Below, piece after piece: positions 8,893-19,131 of a stretch of DNA of 32,000 nucleotides. Within the stretch, counting starts at the first letter, position 1. Every line of letters starts with the position of its first letter. A program made the position numbers and the translations under genes. The stretch spans positions 1,740,001-1,772,000 of the forward strand of contig CBDCNV010000002.1 of the NCBI GenBank assembly GCA_965219535.1, read 5' to 3'. Source of the stretch: Opitutales bacterium (GTDB lineage Bacteria; Verrucomicrobiota; Verrucomicrobiia; Opitutales; PNEW01). The notes under the pieces are model-generated. The model was given only the letters and a program-made list of their open reading frames with translations. It had not been told where the DNA came from and did no database searches.

Positions 8893-9819
8893 TTACCCCT
8901 GAGCTACCCATGAGCCATCGGAGTTGGCGACTTTAAAAGCGTCGCGAATTTTTGTTATGACTTCGTCAGGGAGAGGCCCCTTCTCGGCTACCGCGATGTT
9001 CGCACGCGTGTTATCGGGGTTAGTGGTTCCGATAATGGCTACATGAACACCCGGTTGGCTTATCGTAAAGCGAAGAGCAATTTCCGGCCACACTGTTTCC
9101 GGTGATCCGTCGAATCCGAGATCGGCTGGGTTGAGGTTCATTCTCTGCAAGCGCTCGGTGTAGGTTTTTGCGTAATCTTTATACATGCCCTGTTGGTCAC
9201 TCAATTTTTTCCAGGCTGCATTCGCAATGGGACGTTTTACCATCACCCCTATATTATTCTCTCTCGCTCCCGGTAAAAGACCATCAATATTGACCTGGTC
9301 GGTGATGTTGATGGACGTTTGAATGACTTTTACATCTTCAAGTGTCGCCGCATAGGCAACGGTTTCATTGTCCCCGGAATAACCGGGAAACCTGATTTTA
9401 CCCGCATCGCGAGCTTTGACCAGAGCGGCAAGGGCATCCTCTTTCTGTAAAGTCTCTAAATCACACGTGTGAAGGAGCATGACATCCAAGCGATCTGTTT
9501 TCAGGCGTTGCAAAGAGCGATCGATAGTTTTGGTGATCACGGCGGGCGACCACGCGGGATCATCAAATTCGTCAAACTCCCCCCCGCATTTACTGACGAG
9601 AATAAACTCATCACGACGATGACCTATGGTTTTACCAATCAATTCTTCAGATCCGTAATAGGAAGCAGCGGTGTCAATAAGGTTGACACCAGAATCGAGA
9701 AGAAGGTTAAGGATTTTGTCTGTTCTCGACTCTTCCGTCTCGAGCATGCCGATTGGCGCGCCCCCAAATCCCAAGGGTGTGACTTCTAAACCGGTGTTTC
9801 CAAATGCGCGTTTTTCCAT
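8893..9819 (-). CDS. aldo/keto reductase family oxidoreductase
   Basis: The N-terminus is FGNTGLEVTPLGFGGAPIG. AKR catalytic tetrad contexts are DTAASYYGSEELIG (D, Y), LVSKCG (K) and MLLHTCD (H). Confidence 0.9.
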   Translation of the reverse strand: MEKRAFGNTGLEVTPLGFGGAPIGMLETEESRTDKILNLLLDSGVNLIDTAASYYGSEELIGKTIGHRRDEFILVSKCGGEFDEFDDPAWSPAVITKTIDRSLQRLKTDRLDVMLLHTCDLETLQKEDALAALVKARDAGKIRFPGYSGDNETVAYAATLEDVKVIQTSINITDQVNIDGLLPGARENNIGVMVKRPIANAAWKKLSDQQGMYKDYAKTYTERLQRMNLNPADLGFDGSPETVWPEIALRFTISQPGVHVAIIGTTNPDNTRANIAVAEKGPLPDEVITKIRDAFKVANSDGSWVAQG

Positions 9820-10061
9820 AGCTTGTATTGATTAATACTTATGTGTTCGTTGTTGCTGACTGCTAAATCTGACAAGGTAAGTGTTCATCAACAATATTTT
9901 TATGTCAATACCTGCACCACACTTTCAATTGGTCATTGCTCAGGAGACATAACTTACGTCTTACATTTTACAGGTTATTGACCATCAGATAGACTTTCCC
10001 TGGAATGCCGTGGTTGACTTATTCAATTGACATAGCAGAACAATCCAATTGCAAACAAGCT

Positions 10062-11501
10062 ATGGCTAAAAAGCCGAATGTTCTCTTGATATGCACGGAT
10101 CACTGGAGTGGTCTCCTCACACCGCAAGCGGGGCATTCAGTGGTAATGGCGCCGACGATAGAACAACTTGGCCGCAACGGGGTGACCTTTACCAACGCCT
10201 ATTCAACATGTCCTTCCTGCATCCCGGCGCGACGCTCGCTAATGACGGGGATGACAGCTCGTTCACACGGCGACCGAATCTTTAATGAGGAACAACCGAT
10301 GCCCGATGCACCGACGATGGCGCAGTGTTTCAGGGATGGTGGATATCAGGCATATTGCGTGGGTAAATTACATGTGTATCCTCAGCGCAATCGGATCGGA
10401 TTTAATGAAGTGCTTTTGGAAGAACAGGGACGGCATCAGTTTGGAATTAAAGCAGATGATTATGAACGATTCCTTGCTCTTCAAGGATACGCCGGGATGG
10501 AATATGCCGGTGGAATGGCACATAATGATTGGCTGGCGCGCCCCTGGCATCTACCGGAATATTGTCATCCCATCAATTGGGCGGTGCGCGAGATGTCGCG
10601 CGTTATCTCTCGCCGTGATCCAGGTAAACCCGGGTTCTGGTATTTATCCTTTTCTGCACCGCATCCACCCCTTACTCCACTACAAGCTTATCTGGACCTT
10701 TATCGGGATATCGAAATGGATAAGCCGACATCGGGTAATTGGTCAATGGACGCTGAGAGTCTTCCCAATTCCCTGAGATCGCGAAATTTGGGCGCTCTCG
10801 TTAACGCGTCCTGGCAGGAGCAGTCCCTCGCAAGGCGTGCATTTTATGCGACCCTCACGCACATCGACCATCAAATCAGGTTGTTAGTCGGTATCTTGCG
10901 AGAAGAGGATATCCTGAATGATACGATAATAGTATTTACCAGTGATCATGGTCATATGGTAGGTGAGCATGGGCTTTGGGTGATGACACCCTTTTTAGAA
11001 ATGTCATCTAAAATACCGCTCATCGTTTTACCGACTGCAGGAGATAAGCGTTATCCCACCGATGCAATGGATGATAGAATTGCTGAGTTTGGTGATATCA
11101 TGCCAACCTTGCTCGCTATGTGTGGGTTACCTATTCCCGAAACAGTTGATAGTAATTCTCTCTGGAGTGATCAGCGCCGTGATTATCTTTACGGTGAACA
11201 TTTCGAAGGAGAATATGCCGCACGTATGATTCGAGCTGGACGATTCAAGCTTATATATTACGCAACGGGGAATATTGTGCAGCTTTTTGACATTGAAAAT
11301 GATCCCCGGGAAACGACAGATTTATCCAAAGATGAGCAGTATGCCAATGAGTTGGCGCGCCTTAAAGATTTATTAATTCAGAATTTATACAATGGTGACG
11401 AAGACTGGGTTCGCGACGGTGAACTTGTCGGCTTGCCGGATAGAGATTTCATTGCCCCTGATAATCGCGGGATGCTGGGTCAAAGAGGGCTGCGGTTTTG
11501 A
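10062..11501 (+). CDS. sulfatase (formylglycine-dependent arylsulfatase A family), no signal peptide
   Basis: The N-terminus is PNVLLICTDH. A formylglycine maturation motif is present in CIPARRSLMTG (CxPxRxxxxTG), and FTSDHGHMVGEHG matches the family. I prefer the ATG at 10062 (MAKKPNVLL..) over the track start at 10005, because the extra 19 aa have no signal-peptide character. Confidence 0.87.
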   Translation: MAKKPNVLLICTDHWSGLLTPQAGHSVVMAPTIEQLGRNGVTFTNAYSTCPSCIPARRSLMTGMTARSHGDRIFNEEQPMPDAPTMAQCFRDGGYQAYCVGKLHVYPQRNRIGFNEVLLEEQGRHQFGIKADDYERFLALQGYAGMEYAGGMAHNDWLARPWHLPEYCHPINWAVREMSRVISRRDPGKPGFWYLSFSAPHPPLTPLQAYLDLYRDIEMDKPTSGNWSMDAESLPNSLRSRNLGALVNASWQEQSLARRAFYATLTHIDHQIRLLVGILREEDILNDTIIVFTSDHGHMVGEHGLWVMTPFLEMSSKIPLIVLPTAGDKRYPTDAMDDRIAEFGDIMPTLLAMCGLPIPETVDSNSLWSDQRRDYLYGEHFEGEYAARMIRAGRFKLIYYATGNIVQLFDIENDPRETTDLSKDEQYANELARLKDLLIQNLYNGDEDWVRDGELVGLPDRDFIAPDNRGMLGQRGLRF

Positions 11502-11550
11502 GAGACGAGAATATGATTGTCCTTCTTCTTGGTTAAGCTAAAAGAACGAC

Positions 11551-12942
11551 ATGAGTGATAAGAATCCCTATCTAAATATCGACCGTCAAATGGTGGGTGA
11601 TATTTATACCTCAAATGAGGTGATGGATAATTTGACGGTGTTGTGTGATGATTTCGGTTCTCGTTTTCCTGGAACACCGGAAGAGCGAAAAGCAGCGGAA
11701 TTTATAGCAGAATCTTTTGACCGCTACGGTCTCAAAAATTCGCATTTAGAACCCTACCCCTACGCCGGATGGAGGCGAGGAGAAGCGACTTTGGGAATTT
11801 TGGAACCGATACAAAAAAAAATTCCCTGTATCTCATTGCCTTACTGTCCCGCTCAGGAAGTGCGAGGAGAGTTGATTTCAGTGGGTTGTGGGACACCTGC
11901 AGATTTTGAGCGGTTAGGTAATGAAATTGAAGGGCGAATTGTGCTCGCCAGCAGTGCTTCACCATCGAACCTGGGACGATGGGTGCACCGTCAGGAAAAA
12001 TATGAACGCACGGTAATTGGAAATGCTAAGGTTTTTATTTTTATCAGCGAACTCCCGGGGGTAGGGCCAGAAACAGGGAGTTTGCAGGATGATAGACCGG
12101 CACCGATACCAGGTATTTCCGTCTGCAAAGAAGATGGAGAGTTTCTCACCCGGTTAATTGAAAGAAAAGGTAAAGTAGAACTGTTGGTTCGTACCCTGGA
12201 CGTTAATGAACCGCTGACCTCGCAGAACGCGATAGCTGATCTACCCGGTAATGATAATTCAGAGGAAATGGTAGTAGTCGGATGCCACTTCGATGGCCAT
12301 GACATTTCCCAGGGCGCGCATGATCCCGCTTCAGGCATGGTCATGGTGATGGAAGCGGCACGCGCGTTATCCGCTTACACGGGGGATAAAATTAAGCGTA
12401 CGATCAGGTTTATTGGATTCAGCACGGAAGAAATTGGTCTTATCGGCTCCTACCGTTATGTGGAGTCCCATCGTGATGAGCTCGATAAGATTAGATTTTA
12501 TTTTAATCTCGATGCCGCTGGCGGACCCGGTCGCAAAGGAATTATTCTCCACAACTGGCATGATTTGGAGCCATTCTTTCGCCATGCGGGAGAAGAGATG
12601 GCTGTTGAATTACCAGTTGGACAACATGTAAATTCTTATTCAGATCACTTCCCGTTTTTTTTGGAGGGAGTTCCAACCGGAAATATGGGTGATCCGGAAA
12701 GAGGGCCGAGTGGCAGAGGATTTGGGCATACCCGCTACGATACCTTGGATAAAATTGAAACTGAAAATTTACGTGCGGGAAGCAGTGTAGCTGCACAGAT
12801 TGCATTGCGTGTTGCGAATACCGATAATTTCCCCGCATTGCGGCGGGACAAAAAAGCGGTTCAAGAGATCATAAATTCTGAACACAATTTAGAAGGCTAT
12901 AGAGTTAAATGTGAGTTGATGAAGAATAAGGTTGATTCGTAA
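11551..12942 (+). CDS. M28-family metallo-aminopeptidase with inserted PA (protease-associated) domain
   Basis: M28 zinc-ligand contexts are VVGCHFDGHD, HDPASGMVMVMEAARAL, FSTEEIGLIGS and FNLDAAG, plus a C-terminal YSDHFPF. There is no signal peptide. Confidence 0.84.
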   Translation: MSDKNPYLNIDRQMVGDIYTSNEVMDNLTVLCDDFGSRFPGTPEERKAAEFIAESFDRYGLKNSHLEPYPYAGWRRGEATLGILEPIQKKIPCISLPYCPAQEVRGELISVGCGTPADFERLGNEIEGRIVLASSASPSNLGRWVHRQEKYERTVIGNAKVFIFISELPGVGPETGSLQDDRPAPIPGISVCKEDGEFLTRLIERKGKVELLVRTLDVNEPLTSQNAIADLPGNDNSEEMVVVGCHFDGHDISQGAHDPASGMVMVMEAARALSAYTGDKIKRTIRFIGFSTEEIGLIGSYRYVESHRDELDKIRFYFNLDAAGGPGRKGIILHNWHDLEPFFRHAGEEMAVELPVGQHVNSYSDHFPFFLEGVPTGNMGDPERGPSGRGFGHTRYDTLDKIETENLRAGSSVAAQIALRVANTDNFPALRRDKKAVQEIINSEHNLEGYRVKCELMKNKVDS

Positions 12943-12944
12943 TA

Positions 12945-12976
12945 TTGGGGTGATTTGGTTGGCGATCATACCCCAA
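12945..12976 (+). terminator. possible hairpin just after the M28 peptidase stop
   Basis: ttggggtgat (12945-12954) pairs with atcataccccaa (12965-12976), giving a 7+3 bp stem with a 2-nt bulge. No clear U-tract follows, so this is weak. Confidence 0.25.
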
Positions 12977-13015
12977 AGTGCATGATAAAAATCTGCAGCT
13001 TTGACACGAGGCGAT

Positions 13016-13089
13016 TGGCTGCCCGGCAAGGGTTCGAACCTCGACTACCTGGACCAAAACCAGATGTGCTACCATTACACCACCGGGCA
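13016..13089 (-). tRNA. tRNA-Gln (anticodon UUG), CCA encoded
   Basis: The reverse complement reads TGCCCGG-TG-GTGT-AATGGTA-GCAC-A-TCTGG-TTTTGGT-CCAGG-TAGT-CGAGG-TTCGAAC-CCTTG-CCGGGCA-GCCA. This gives a 7-bp acceptor stem, D, anticodon and T arms with a GTTCGAA T-loop, and the loop TT-TTG-GT. The U1-A72 pair and G73 discriminator are typical of tRNA-Gln. Confidence 0.85.
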
Positions 13090-13224
13090 ATTCATGGAGG
13101 TATATAGGGGAGAAGATATAGCCGTCAAGACCCCTACTGAGAAAATTGCCAAATTGCTTGATATACAATAATTGCAAAGCATGGGATTGACCTCCTAGTA
13201 AAATTACGACTAGATACATTTTTT

Positions 13225-13962
13225 ATGCGAAAAAAGACTAGCGCGAACCCAAAACCTAAATATAAGCGTATAATTATTAAACTGGGCGGTGAAGGCCTGC
13301 GTAATCCTGATACCGGCGAGGCGATAGATGGAAGAGTTTTAAAAAATATCAGCTCTGAACTAAAAGAAGTTCACGCGATGGGTGTGCAGATTGGCCTTGT
13401 CGTAGGTGGGGGTAATATATTTCGCGGTTTAGCTGGAGAAAAACGGGGTGTGGACCGGACAACCGGAGATTTCATGGGCATGCTCTCTACAGTTGTTAAC
13501 GGGTTGGCCTTTATGGATTTTCTTGAAAAGCTTGGTGTTCCTGTTCGCGTTCAGAGTGCTTTGCCAATGCATGAAGTTGCTGAACCCTTTATTCTGAGAA
13601 AAGCAATAAGGCATCTCGAAAAGAGGCGGTTAGTTATTTTTGTCGGGGGCACCGGCAACCCTTATTTTTCAACAGATACGGCGGCGGCGTTACGAGCAAG
13701 TGAAATAGGCGCAGATATCATGATGAAGGCGACTAAAGTTGATGGTATCTATGATAAAGATCCTATAAAATATAAGGATGCTAAAAAGTACAACGAAATT
13801 TCATTTATCGACGCACTGAAACAGAGGTTGAATGTCATGGATTCCACGGCCTTTTCTCTTTGCCTCGACAACAAGATGCCGATTCTTATCTTCAATATGA
13901 GTAAAGCCGGTAGCATTAAAAAAGCCGTTGTCGGGAAAAAGATAGGATCTTTAATAAAATAA
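13225..13962 (+). CDS. pyrH: UMP kinase
   Basis: Motifs are IIIKLGGEGL, VVGGGNIFRG, GTGNPYFSTDTAAALRA and KVDGIYDKDP. It is adjacent to frr, the conserved pairing. Confidence 0.95.
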   Translation: MRKKTSANPKPKYKRIIIKLGGEGLRNPDTGEAIDGRVLKNISSELKEVHAMGVQIGLVVGGGNIFRGLAGEKRGVDRTTGDFMGMLSTVVNGLAFMDFLEKLGVPVRVQSALPMHEVAEPFILRKAIRHLEKRRLVIFVGGTGNPYFSTDTAAALRASEIGADIMMKATKVDGIYDKDPIKYKDAKKYNEISFIDALKQRLNVMDSTAFSLCLDNKMPILIFNMSKAGSIKKAVVGKKIGSLIK

Positions 13963-13981
13963 TCAGCATTTATAAAGTAAT

Positions 13982-14542
13982 ATGAGTCAAGATACCGTTA
14001 TTAAGCATGCTCGCGATATGATGGCCAAGGCTGTCGAGCACACGCTAAGCGAATTTAACAAACTTCATACGGGAAAAGCATCTCCCAGTATGGTGGAAAA
14101 CCTACAGGTGGATGTCTATGGTTCAAAAATGCATTTGCGCGAAGTATCTGCAGTTACTACTCCCGACCCGCGAACGATTCAGATTCAACCATGGGATAAA
14201 ACAGTTGTCAGTGACATAGAAAAATCGATTCAAAAAGCGAATTTAGGTTTTAACCCTGTAGTGAACGGCAACCTTATACGAATTCCGATTCCCGAGTTGA
14301 GTCGTGAACGCCGTCAAGAACTCACAAAAGTAGCGCACACGATGGCGGAAGAAGGACATATCAGCGTGCGTCACGCGCGTCATGATGCTCTTGAGTCGCT
14401 AAAAAAAATGAAAAAGAACAAGGAAATTTCGGAAGATGATCAAAAGCGTGCAGAAAAAGAAGTCCAGAATGACACGGATAAGCAGAATGCTGAAATCGAT
14501 CAGCACCTTGAGCATAAAGAAAAAGAATTGATGACGCTCTAA
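13982..14542 (+). CDS. frr: ribosome recycling factor
   Basis: It is 186 aa, with LHTGKASPSMVENLQVDVYG, IQPWDK, IRIPIPELSRERRQEL and a charged C-terminal helix. Confidence 0.95.
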   Translation: MSQDTVIKHARDMMAKAVEHTLSEFNKLHTGKASPSMVENLQVDVYGSKMHLREVSAVTTPDPRTIQIQPWDKTVVSDIEKSIQKANLGFNPVVNGNLIRIPIPELSRERRQELTKVAHTMAEEGHISVRHARHDALESLKKMKKNKEISEDDQKRAEKEVQNDTDKQNAEIDQHLEHKEKELMTL

Positions 14543-14631
14543 GGAGATGAAACTATAGGAAATTAAAGATCGCTCACCATAATGGGATCTGTCCTGAAAT
14601 CCGCTATCCTTTAACTGAATACCTCTTGTAA

Positions 14632-15744
14632 ATGCAGTTTCTTCTGCAAAACGCCCGGCGTGTTGTACTTAAACTCGGCTCACGCCTGCTAACTTCCGGC
14701 ATCGGAAAACTGAATGTCGATCGCATTAACGCGTTGTGTGCGCAAATTGTGTTTTTACGAAATAAAGGGGTGGAGGTTATCATTGTCAGTTCAGGTGCAA
14801 TCGCATTGGGGATGGGGAAATTAAAATTTAAAAAGCGGCCCACGGATCTCGCCACTCTTCAGGCTTGTGCGGCGATCGGACAGTCCATTCTTATCGAGAC
14901 CTGGCAGTCTGGCTTCGACCCCCATGATCTAACAGCGGCACAGTTGCTTTTAACGCGCGAAGATCTGAGGGCAAGGGAGCGTCACATAGCGGTTAAAAAC
15001 AGTTTCGATAAGCTTCTTTCCCTCGGGATCGTTCCCATTGTAAATGAAAATGATTCAGTCAGCACTGAAGAAATCAAATTTGGAGATAATGATGTGCTAT
15101 CCGCTTTAGTAGCCAGTTTAGTTAAAGCAGATATGTTAATTATTCTCGGTCTTGCTCCGGGTCTTATCGACCATAAGGGTTCAGGCAAAGTTGTGCCGGT
15201 GGTCGATAAAATTGATTCAAATATTAAAGCGATGGCTGGAGATACAAAAAGTGAAACCGCTACCGGAGGGATGCGCAGCAAGGTCGAGGCCGCGAAAATA
15301 ACGAGCCATTCAGGCTGCGGTGTTTATATTGGCAGTGGCCGTAATCCTAATGTCTTTGCCGATCTTTTGCAAGGTAAGGCTAAGGGGACTTTTTTTGTGC
15401 CGAGCAAAATTTCGCTTGCTTCAAAAAAACGATGGATTGCTTTTTTTGAACATTCTCTCGGCGCAGTGATCATTGATGCGGGTGCAAGTGATGCCTTGCG
15501 CAATGACGGTCGTAGCTTGCTCGCCAAAGGGGTGAAAGGGCATAGAGGTAAGTTTTCAGCAGGTGATATTATAACGATCGAAAACACGAAGGGAATCGCC
15601 ATTGCTAACGGGGTATCTCAATTCAGTAGTGAAGAGCTTTCAAGCATCTCAGGCAAAGATACTAAGGAGATAAAACTTAGCTATCCCAACCGTAAGCGTT
15701 ATGAAATTGTACATCGTGACAGCTTAGTCATGCTCGCCGATTAG
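14632..15744 (+). CDS. proB: glutamate 5-kinase (with C-terminal PUA domain)
   Basis: Motifs are VVLKLGSRLLT, IIVSSGAIALG, VPIVNENDSV, FGDNDVLSALVA and GGMRSKVEAAK. The PUA-like tail is GAVIIDAGA..LLAKGV..G.F..GD. No proA is adjacent. Confidence 0.93.
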   Translation: MQFLLQNARRVVLKLGSRLLTSGIGKLNVDRINALCAQIVFLRNKGVEVIIVSSGAIALGMGKLKFKKRPTDLATLQACAAIGQSILIETWQSGFDPHDLTAAQLLLTREDLRARERHIAVKNSFDKLLSLGIVPIVNENDSVSTEEIKFGDNDVLSALVASLVKADMLIILGLAPGLIDHKGSGKVVPVVDKIDSNIKAMAGDTKSETATGGMRSKVEAAKITSHSGCGVYIGSGRNPNVFADLLQGKAKGTFFVPSKISLASKKRWIAFFEHSLGAVIIDAGASDALRNDGRSLLAKGVKGHRGKFSAGDIITIENTKGIAIANGVSQFSSEELSSISGKDTKEIKLSYPNRKRYEIVHRDSLVMLAD

Positions 15745-15853
15745 AACCTGCCTTTTCAAGCGAGAGTAGGGGATTTTAGAAATCTTAAAGGTGATTTTAA
15801 TTCGCGAATATACTTTGCAATTGGTGCGGACCTTGTGATTGTTTTGATAATAA

Positions 15854-17857
15854 ATGGAATTATCGAGTTCATTCAACGAGTCACCTGCGGACTTTTCCCC
15901 CATTGATTTTCGCGCTGAATTAAATGATGAACAGTATGCAGCGGTTAGCGCTGAGCCAGGTCCGGCTTTAGTATTAGCCGGTGCCGGTTCGGGTAAGACG
16001 CGAACGCTCACCTATCGCGTGGCGTGGCTTCTCACTCACGGTGTTCATCCGGGCGAAATTATGCTCCTTACATTTACGAACAAAGCCGCTCGTGAGATGC
16101 TGAATAGGGTGGAAAATCTAACCGGTGTTGCGATGCGTAAATTCTGGGGTGGCACTTTTCACCATATTGGACAGCGAGTCCTTCGCATTCACGGAAAAGC
16201 GATTGGTTTGGAACCCCATTTCAACATCCTCGATCAGAGCGATGCAGAGTCACTTTTAAATGCGACGATTCGAGAAGATGATAAAGACTTTTTTAAAAAT
16301 AAGGATAATCCCAAAGCAAGAGTGATATCAGACATCATTAGTTTAGCACGGAACACGCTACTTCCGATTGATGAAATTATTGATAGTCGCTACAACTATT
16401 TTGAACATCTCGCCGATAAGATCAGACACTTCAACCACATTTATCAGGAGTGTAAGCTCAAACAGCAGGTAGTGGACTTCGACGACCTCCTGGATCACTG
16501 GTTGAAATTATTGCGCCAGGAGGAAGCTGTAGCTACGCAATTTCAGGAGCGGTTCAAACATATCCTTGTTGATGAATACCAGGATACCAATAAAATTCAA
16601 TCCGATCTAATTGACCTATTGGGATTAAACCACCAAATCATGGCGGTTGGAGATGATGCCCAGTGTATCTATACCTGGCGAGGGGCGAACTTTGAAAATA
16701 TAATGACATTTACTGACCGACATCCCGGTACGGTCATCCATAAAATTGAAATTAACTATCGCAGTACTCCTGAAATACTTAATCTCGCTAACGGGATTCT
16801 ATCTGCCCAACCGTTGGGAACGGGCTATCGAAAAGAACTCCGCGCGGTGCGCTCTTCAAACATGATCCCCTATGTCGTCCCTGTCATGGATGGGAGAAAA
16901 CAGGCACAATTTATTATGAAACGTATGGAGGGGCTTCTCGATCAAGGTTACCAGCTTTCAGATATGGCTGTACTCTACCGTGCCCATCACCACGCGATTG
17001 ATATGCAGATTGAGCTTTCACGGGCAAGTATCCCATTTGTCATCACGAGCGGGGTTCGATTCTTTGAGCAAGCACATATAAAGGACTTAGTTTCGCAACT
17101 GGCCTATGTCTATAACCCGCAAGACAGTTCCGCTTTCCAGCGGTTTACATGTCTTTTACCAAGGGTAGGTGAAAAAACGGCCGGCCGTCTCCATCGTCTC
17201 GTAATCGAGCAAGCGAGAGAGAAAAATATTAGTCCGATTCAGGCCTTTAATGTTGATGAAGTGATAAAAAAAGTGCCCGTCGATGCGCAGGAAGATTGGC
17301 AAGACTTAGCATACACCTTACAAGATGTGGCTGCAGCTGTTGGCAACCGAAGACCAAAGGAAATCGTAAAAATAACGATTGAAGGCTGGTACAGCAGTTA
17401 TATCCGCAATCTCTATAGCAATTGGAGCGACCGGATTGATGATCTTGAGAGTTTAGCGGGATTTGCTCATCGCTTTGATGATATGACCGAATTACTCTCC
17501 CAGCTTGTTCTTCTTAACTCGGAAATAAGTGATCGCGATGTAAATGAAGATTTCGATGCACTCCGTCTGACCACAGTACATCAGGCTAAAGGACTGGAAT
17601 TTCCCATTGTATTCGTCATCGGCTTAGCGGAAGGCCTTTTCCCTAATAAACGCGCAATGGACGAAGATAATCTGGATGAGGAGCGGCGGCTATTCTATGT
17701 AGCTATTACTCGCGCTAAGGATGAACTCTATTTGTCCTATCCCATGATAAATGAACATGGAGGCCCTTCGATGCGGTTGAACCCAAGTCGCTTTCTCGAT
17801 GAAATAGACCGCGAACATTACGAGATTCTACGCATACATGAAACAACCGATTGGTAG
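15854..17857 (+). CDS. ATP-dependent DNA helicase, UvrD/PcrA/Rep (SF1A) family
   Basis: It has Walker [12 protein letters not shown], motif [20 protein letters not shown] and [10 protein letters not shown]. At 667 aa I cannot tell by eye which paralog it is. Confidence 0.9.
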   Translation: MELSSSFNESPADFSPIDFRAELNDEQYAAVSAEPGPALVLAGAGSGKTRTLTYRVAWLLTHGVHPGEIMLLTFTNKAAREMLNRVENLTGVAMRKFWGGTFHHIGQRVLRIHGKAIGLEPHFNILDQSDAESLLNATIREDDKDFFKNKDNPKARVISDIISLARNTLLPIDEIIDSRYNYFEHLADKIRHFNHIYQECKLKQQVVDFDDLLDHWLKLLRQEEAVATQFQERFKHILVDEYQDTNKIQSDLIDLLGLNHQIMAVGDDAQCIYTWRGANFENIMTFTDRHPGTVIHKIEINYRSTPEILNLANGILSAQPLGTGYRKELRAVRSSNMIPYVVPVMDGRKQAQFIMKRMEGLLDQGYQLSDMAVLYRAHHHAIDMQIELSRASIPFVITSGVRFFEQAHIKDLVSQLAYVYNPQDSSAFQRFTCLLPRVGEKTAGRLHRLVIEQAREKNISPIQAFNVDEVIKKVPVDAQEDWQDLAYTLQDVAAAVGNRRPKEIVKITIEGWYSSYIRNLYSNWSDRIDDLESLAGFAHRFDDMTELLSQLVLLNSEISDRDVNEDFDALRLTTVHQAKGLEFPIVFVIGLAEGLFPNKRAMDEDNLDEERRLFYVAITRAKDELYLSYPMINEHGGPSMRLNPSRFLDEIDREHYEILRIHETTDW

Positions 17858-17896
17858 GAGAAGGGGTTCACCATGAATTTTAGCTCTTCCTATGCG

Positions 17897-18304
17897 TTAA
17901 GATTCGGACTTTGAATTTCGATATATAGAGGACTTGAATTTATCGGGATGAAGAGAGCCAAGGGAAACAATTTTACAGTGGGGAAATCCATCTTTTAAAC
18001 CAGGTGGTGCTTTTTGGTCGTAACCAAGTGCAATAATATCCGGATTTATTTCATTAACCACTTTTAAAAAATTCATCCCAGGATAACCCAACCTCGCGTC
18101 ATCGACAAAATCAAGTTCTTCAATTTTTTCTAAACGTTCTACTTCCTTGTGTGAGGGATATCTCCCTTTAATCTTATTTACGTTTTCATCACGAGCGACG
18201 ACAACATAAAGTTCACTTCCCAACCTCGATGCCTGCTTAAGAAAATAGAGATGGCCGGGATGTAAAAAGTCAAAAGTTCCGCAGCATAGGACACGTGTTT
18301 TCAT
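17897..18304 (-). CDS. small cytidylyltransferase-fold nucleotidyltransferase, RibL-like (archaeal-type FMN adenylyltransferase) / TagD-like
   Basis: It is 135 aa with GTFDFLHPGH (the HxGH nucleotidyltransferase motif) followed by VVVARDENV.KIKGR.P, which resembles archaeal RibL as I recall it. Confidence 0.7.
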   Translation of the reverse strand: MKTRVLCCGTFDFLHPGHLYFLKQASRLGSELYVVVARDENVNKIKGRYPSHKEVERLEKIEELDFVDDARLGYPGMNFLKVVNEINPDIIALGYDQKAPPGLKDGFPHCKIVSLGSLHPDKFKSSIYRNSKSES

Positions 18305-18345
18305 AGAGATAAAAAAATACGGTTAAGATAAATATTCGGGAATAT

Positions 18346-19128
18346 TTAGCGGTCTTTTTGAGCGACAGATTCATGCCAATGGCGAAGAAGATACCAGCTT
18401 AATACTAACACGATGGAGACGAAAATAAATCCAAGAGCACAGGCGACAATGGCGGTAGCGAAGAGTTCAGGGATTTTTAATTGTGAATTATAAACGACTA
18501 CCATGAATCCGAGTCCACCGCTGCCAGAAGCGCTGCCGGCGAATATTTCTCCGGTCAAAGCGCCTATAACGGCTAAGGAGGCCGCAATTTTCAGTCCGGT
18601 TAAAAAGTAGGGCAGCGCATAGGGGACGCGCAGGAAAAAAACTTCCTGTAGCTTGCTTGCGTTATAGAGGGTAAACAGATCGACCATATTCTTTTCAGTA
18701 GATATTAGCCCCTGCGTCGTATTGGCAACGATGGGAAAAAATCCAATCATGAAAGTTATAATCGCTACGCTGGGCAAACCGGGACCTAACCAGAGGACAA
18801 AAATAGGTACCATAACGATTACCGGAATCATTTGGAGGAACAATACCCAAGGGTAGAGTGAAGCTTTTATCCAAGGCGAAGAAGAAAGGATCAACGCAAG
18901 AGCGAAGCCAATACTGCCAGCAGAAAGAAATCCGATAACTGCGCCGACGATGGTTTCCCGAGCGGCCTTAAACAGAATATTCTTTTCCGCAAAACCGGCA
19001 CGAATAATTTCATCGGGACTGGGCAAAATATAGTGAGGGAGATCATTAGTCCATTTAATGGCATACCAGATACCAATCATAAGAAAACCAGTGATCAGAG
19101 GAAGGGCCCAATATAAACGATTATTCAT
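18346..19128 (-). CDS. ABC transporter permease, NitT/TauT (SsuC/TauC/ThiX-like) family
   Basis: It has about six TM segments, an ILPSP motif near the N-terminus and a BPD-type permease layout. It lies 3 nt downstream of the ATPase gene. Confidence 0.88.
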   Translation of the reverse strand: MNNRLYWALPLITGFLMIGIWYAIKWTNDLPHYILPSPDEIIRAGFAEKNILFKAARETIVGAVIGFLSAGSIGFALALILSSSPWIKASLYPWVLFLQMIPVIVMVPIFVLWLGPGLPSVAIITFMIGFFPIVANTTQGLISTEKNMVDLFTLYNASKLQEVFFLRVPYALPYFLTGLKIAASLAVIGALTGEIFAGSASGSGGLGFMVVVYNSQLKIPELFATAIVACALGFIFVSIVLVLSWYLLRHWHESVAQKDR

Positions 19129-19131
19129 TTA

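Noticed and set aside
10005-10061. Longer N-terminus for the sulfatase (MPWLTYSIDIAEQSNCKQA), and the 163-aa alternative-frame ORF at 10285..10776
   Set aside because: The extension is not signal-peptide-like, and family similarity begins at MAKKPNVLLICTDH. The 163-aa ORF is an out-of-frame shadow within the sulfatase gene.
9820-10061. Sigma-70-like promoters (several TTGAC hexamers, for example near 9980 and 10011-10032) in the AKR/sulfatase divergent region
   Set aside because: None has a convincing -10 hexamer at 16-18 nt spacing, and the promoter consensus for this lineage is unknown to me, so no promoter is called.
3973-13089. Genomic island integrated at tRNA-Gln
   Set aside because: No integrase, recombinase, transposase or att-like duplicate of the tRNA 3' end is visible in the window. 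This is retained only as a low-interest item to test by composition and synteny.
12905-13219. 104-aa minus-strand ORF
   Set aside because: It spans the tRNA-Gln gene and the intergenic sequence, so it is an artefact of an open frame across an RNA gene.
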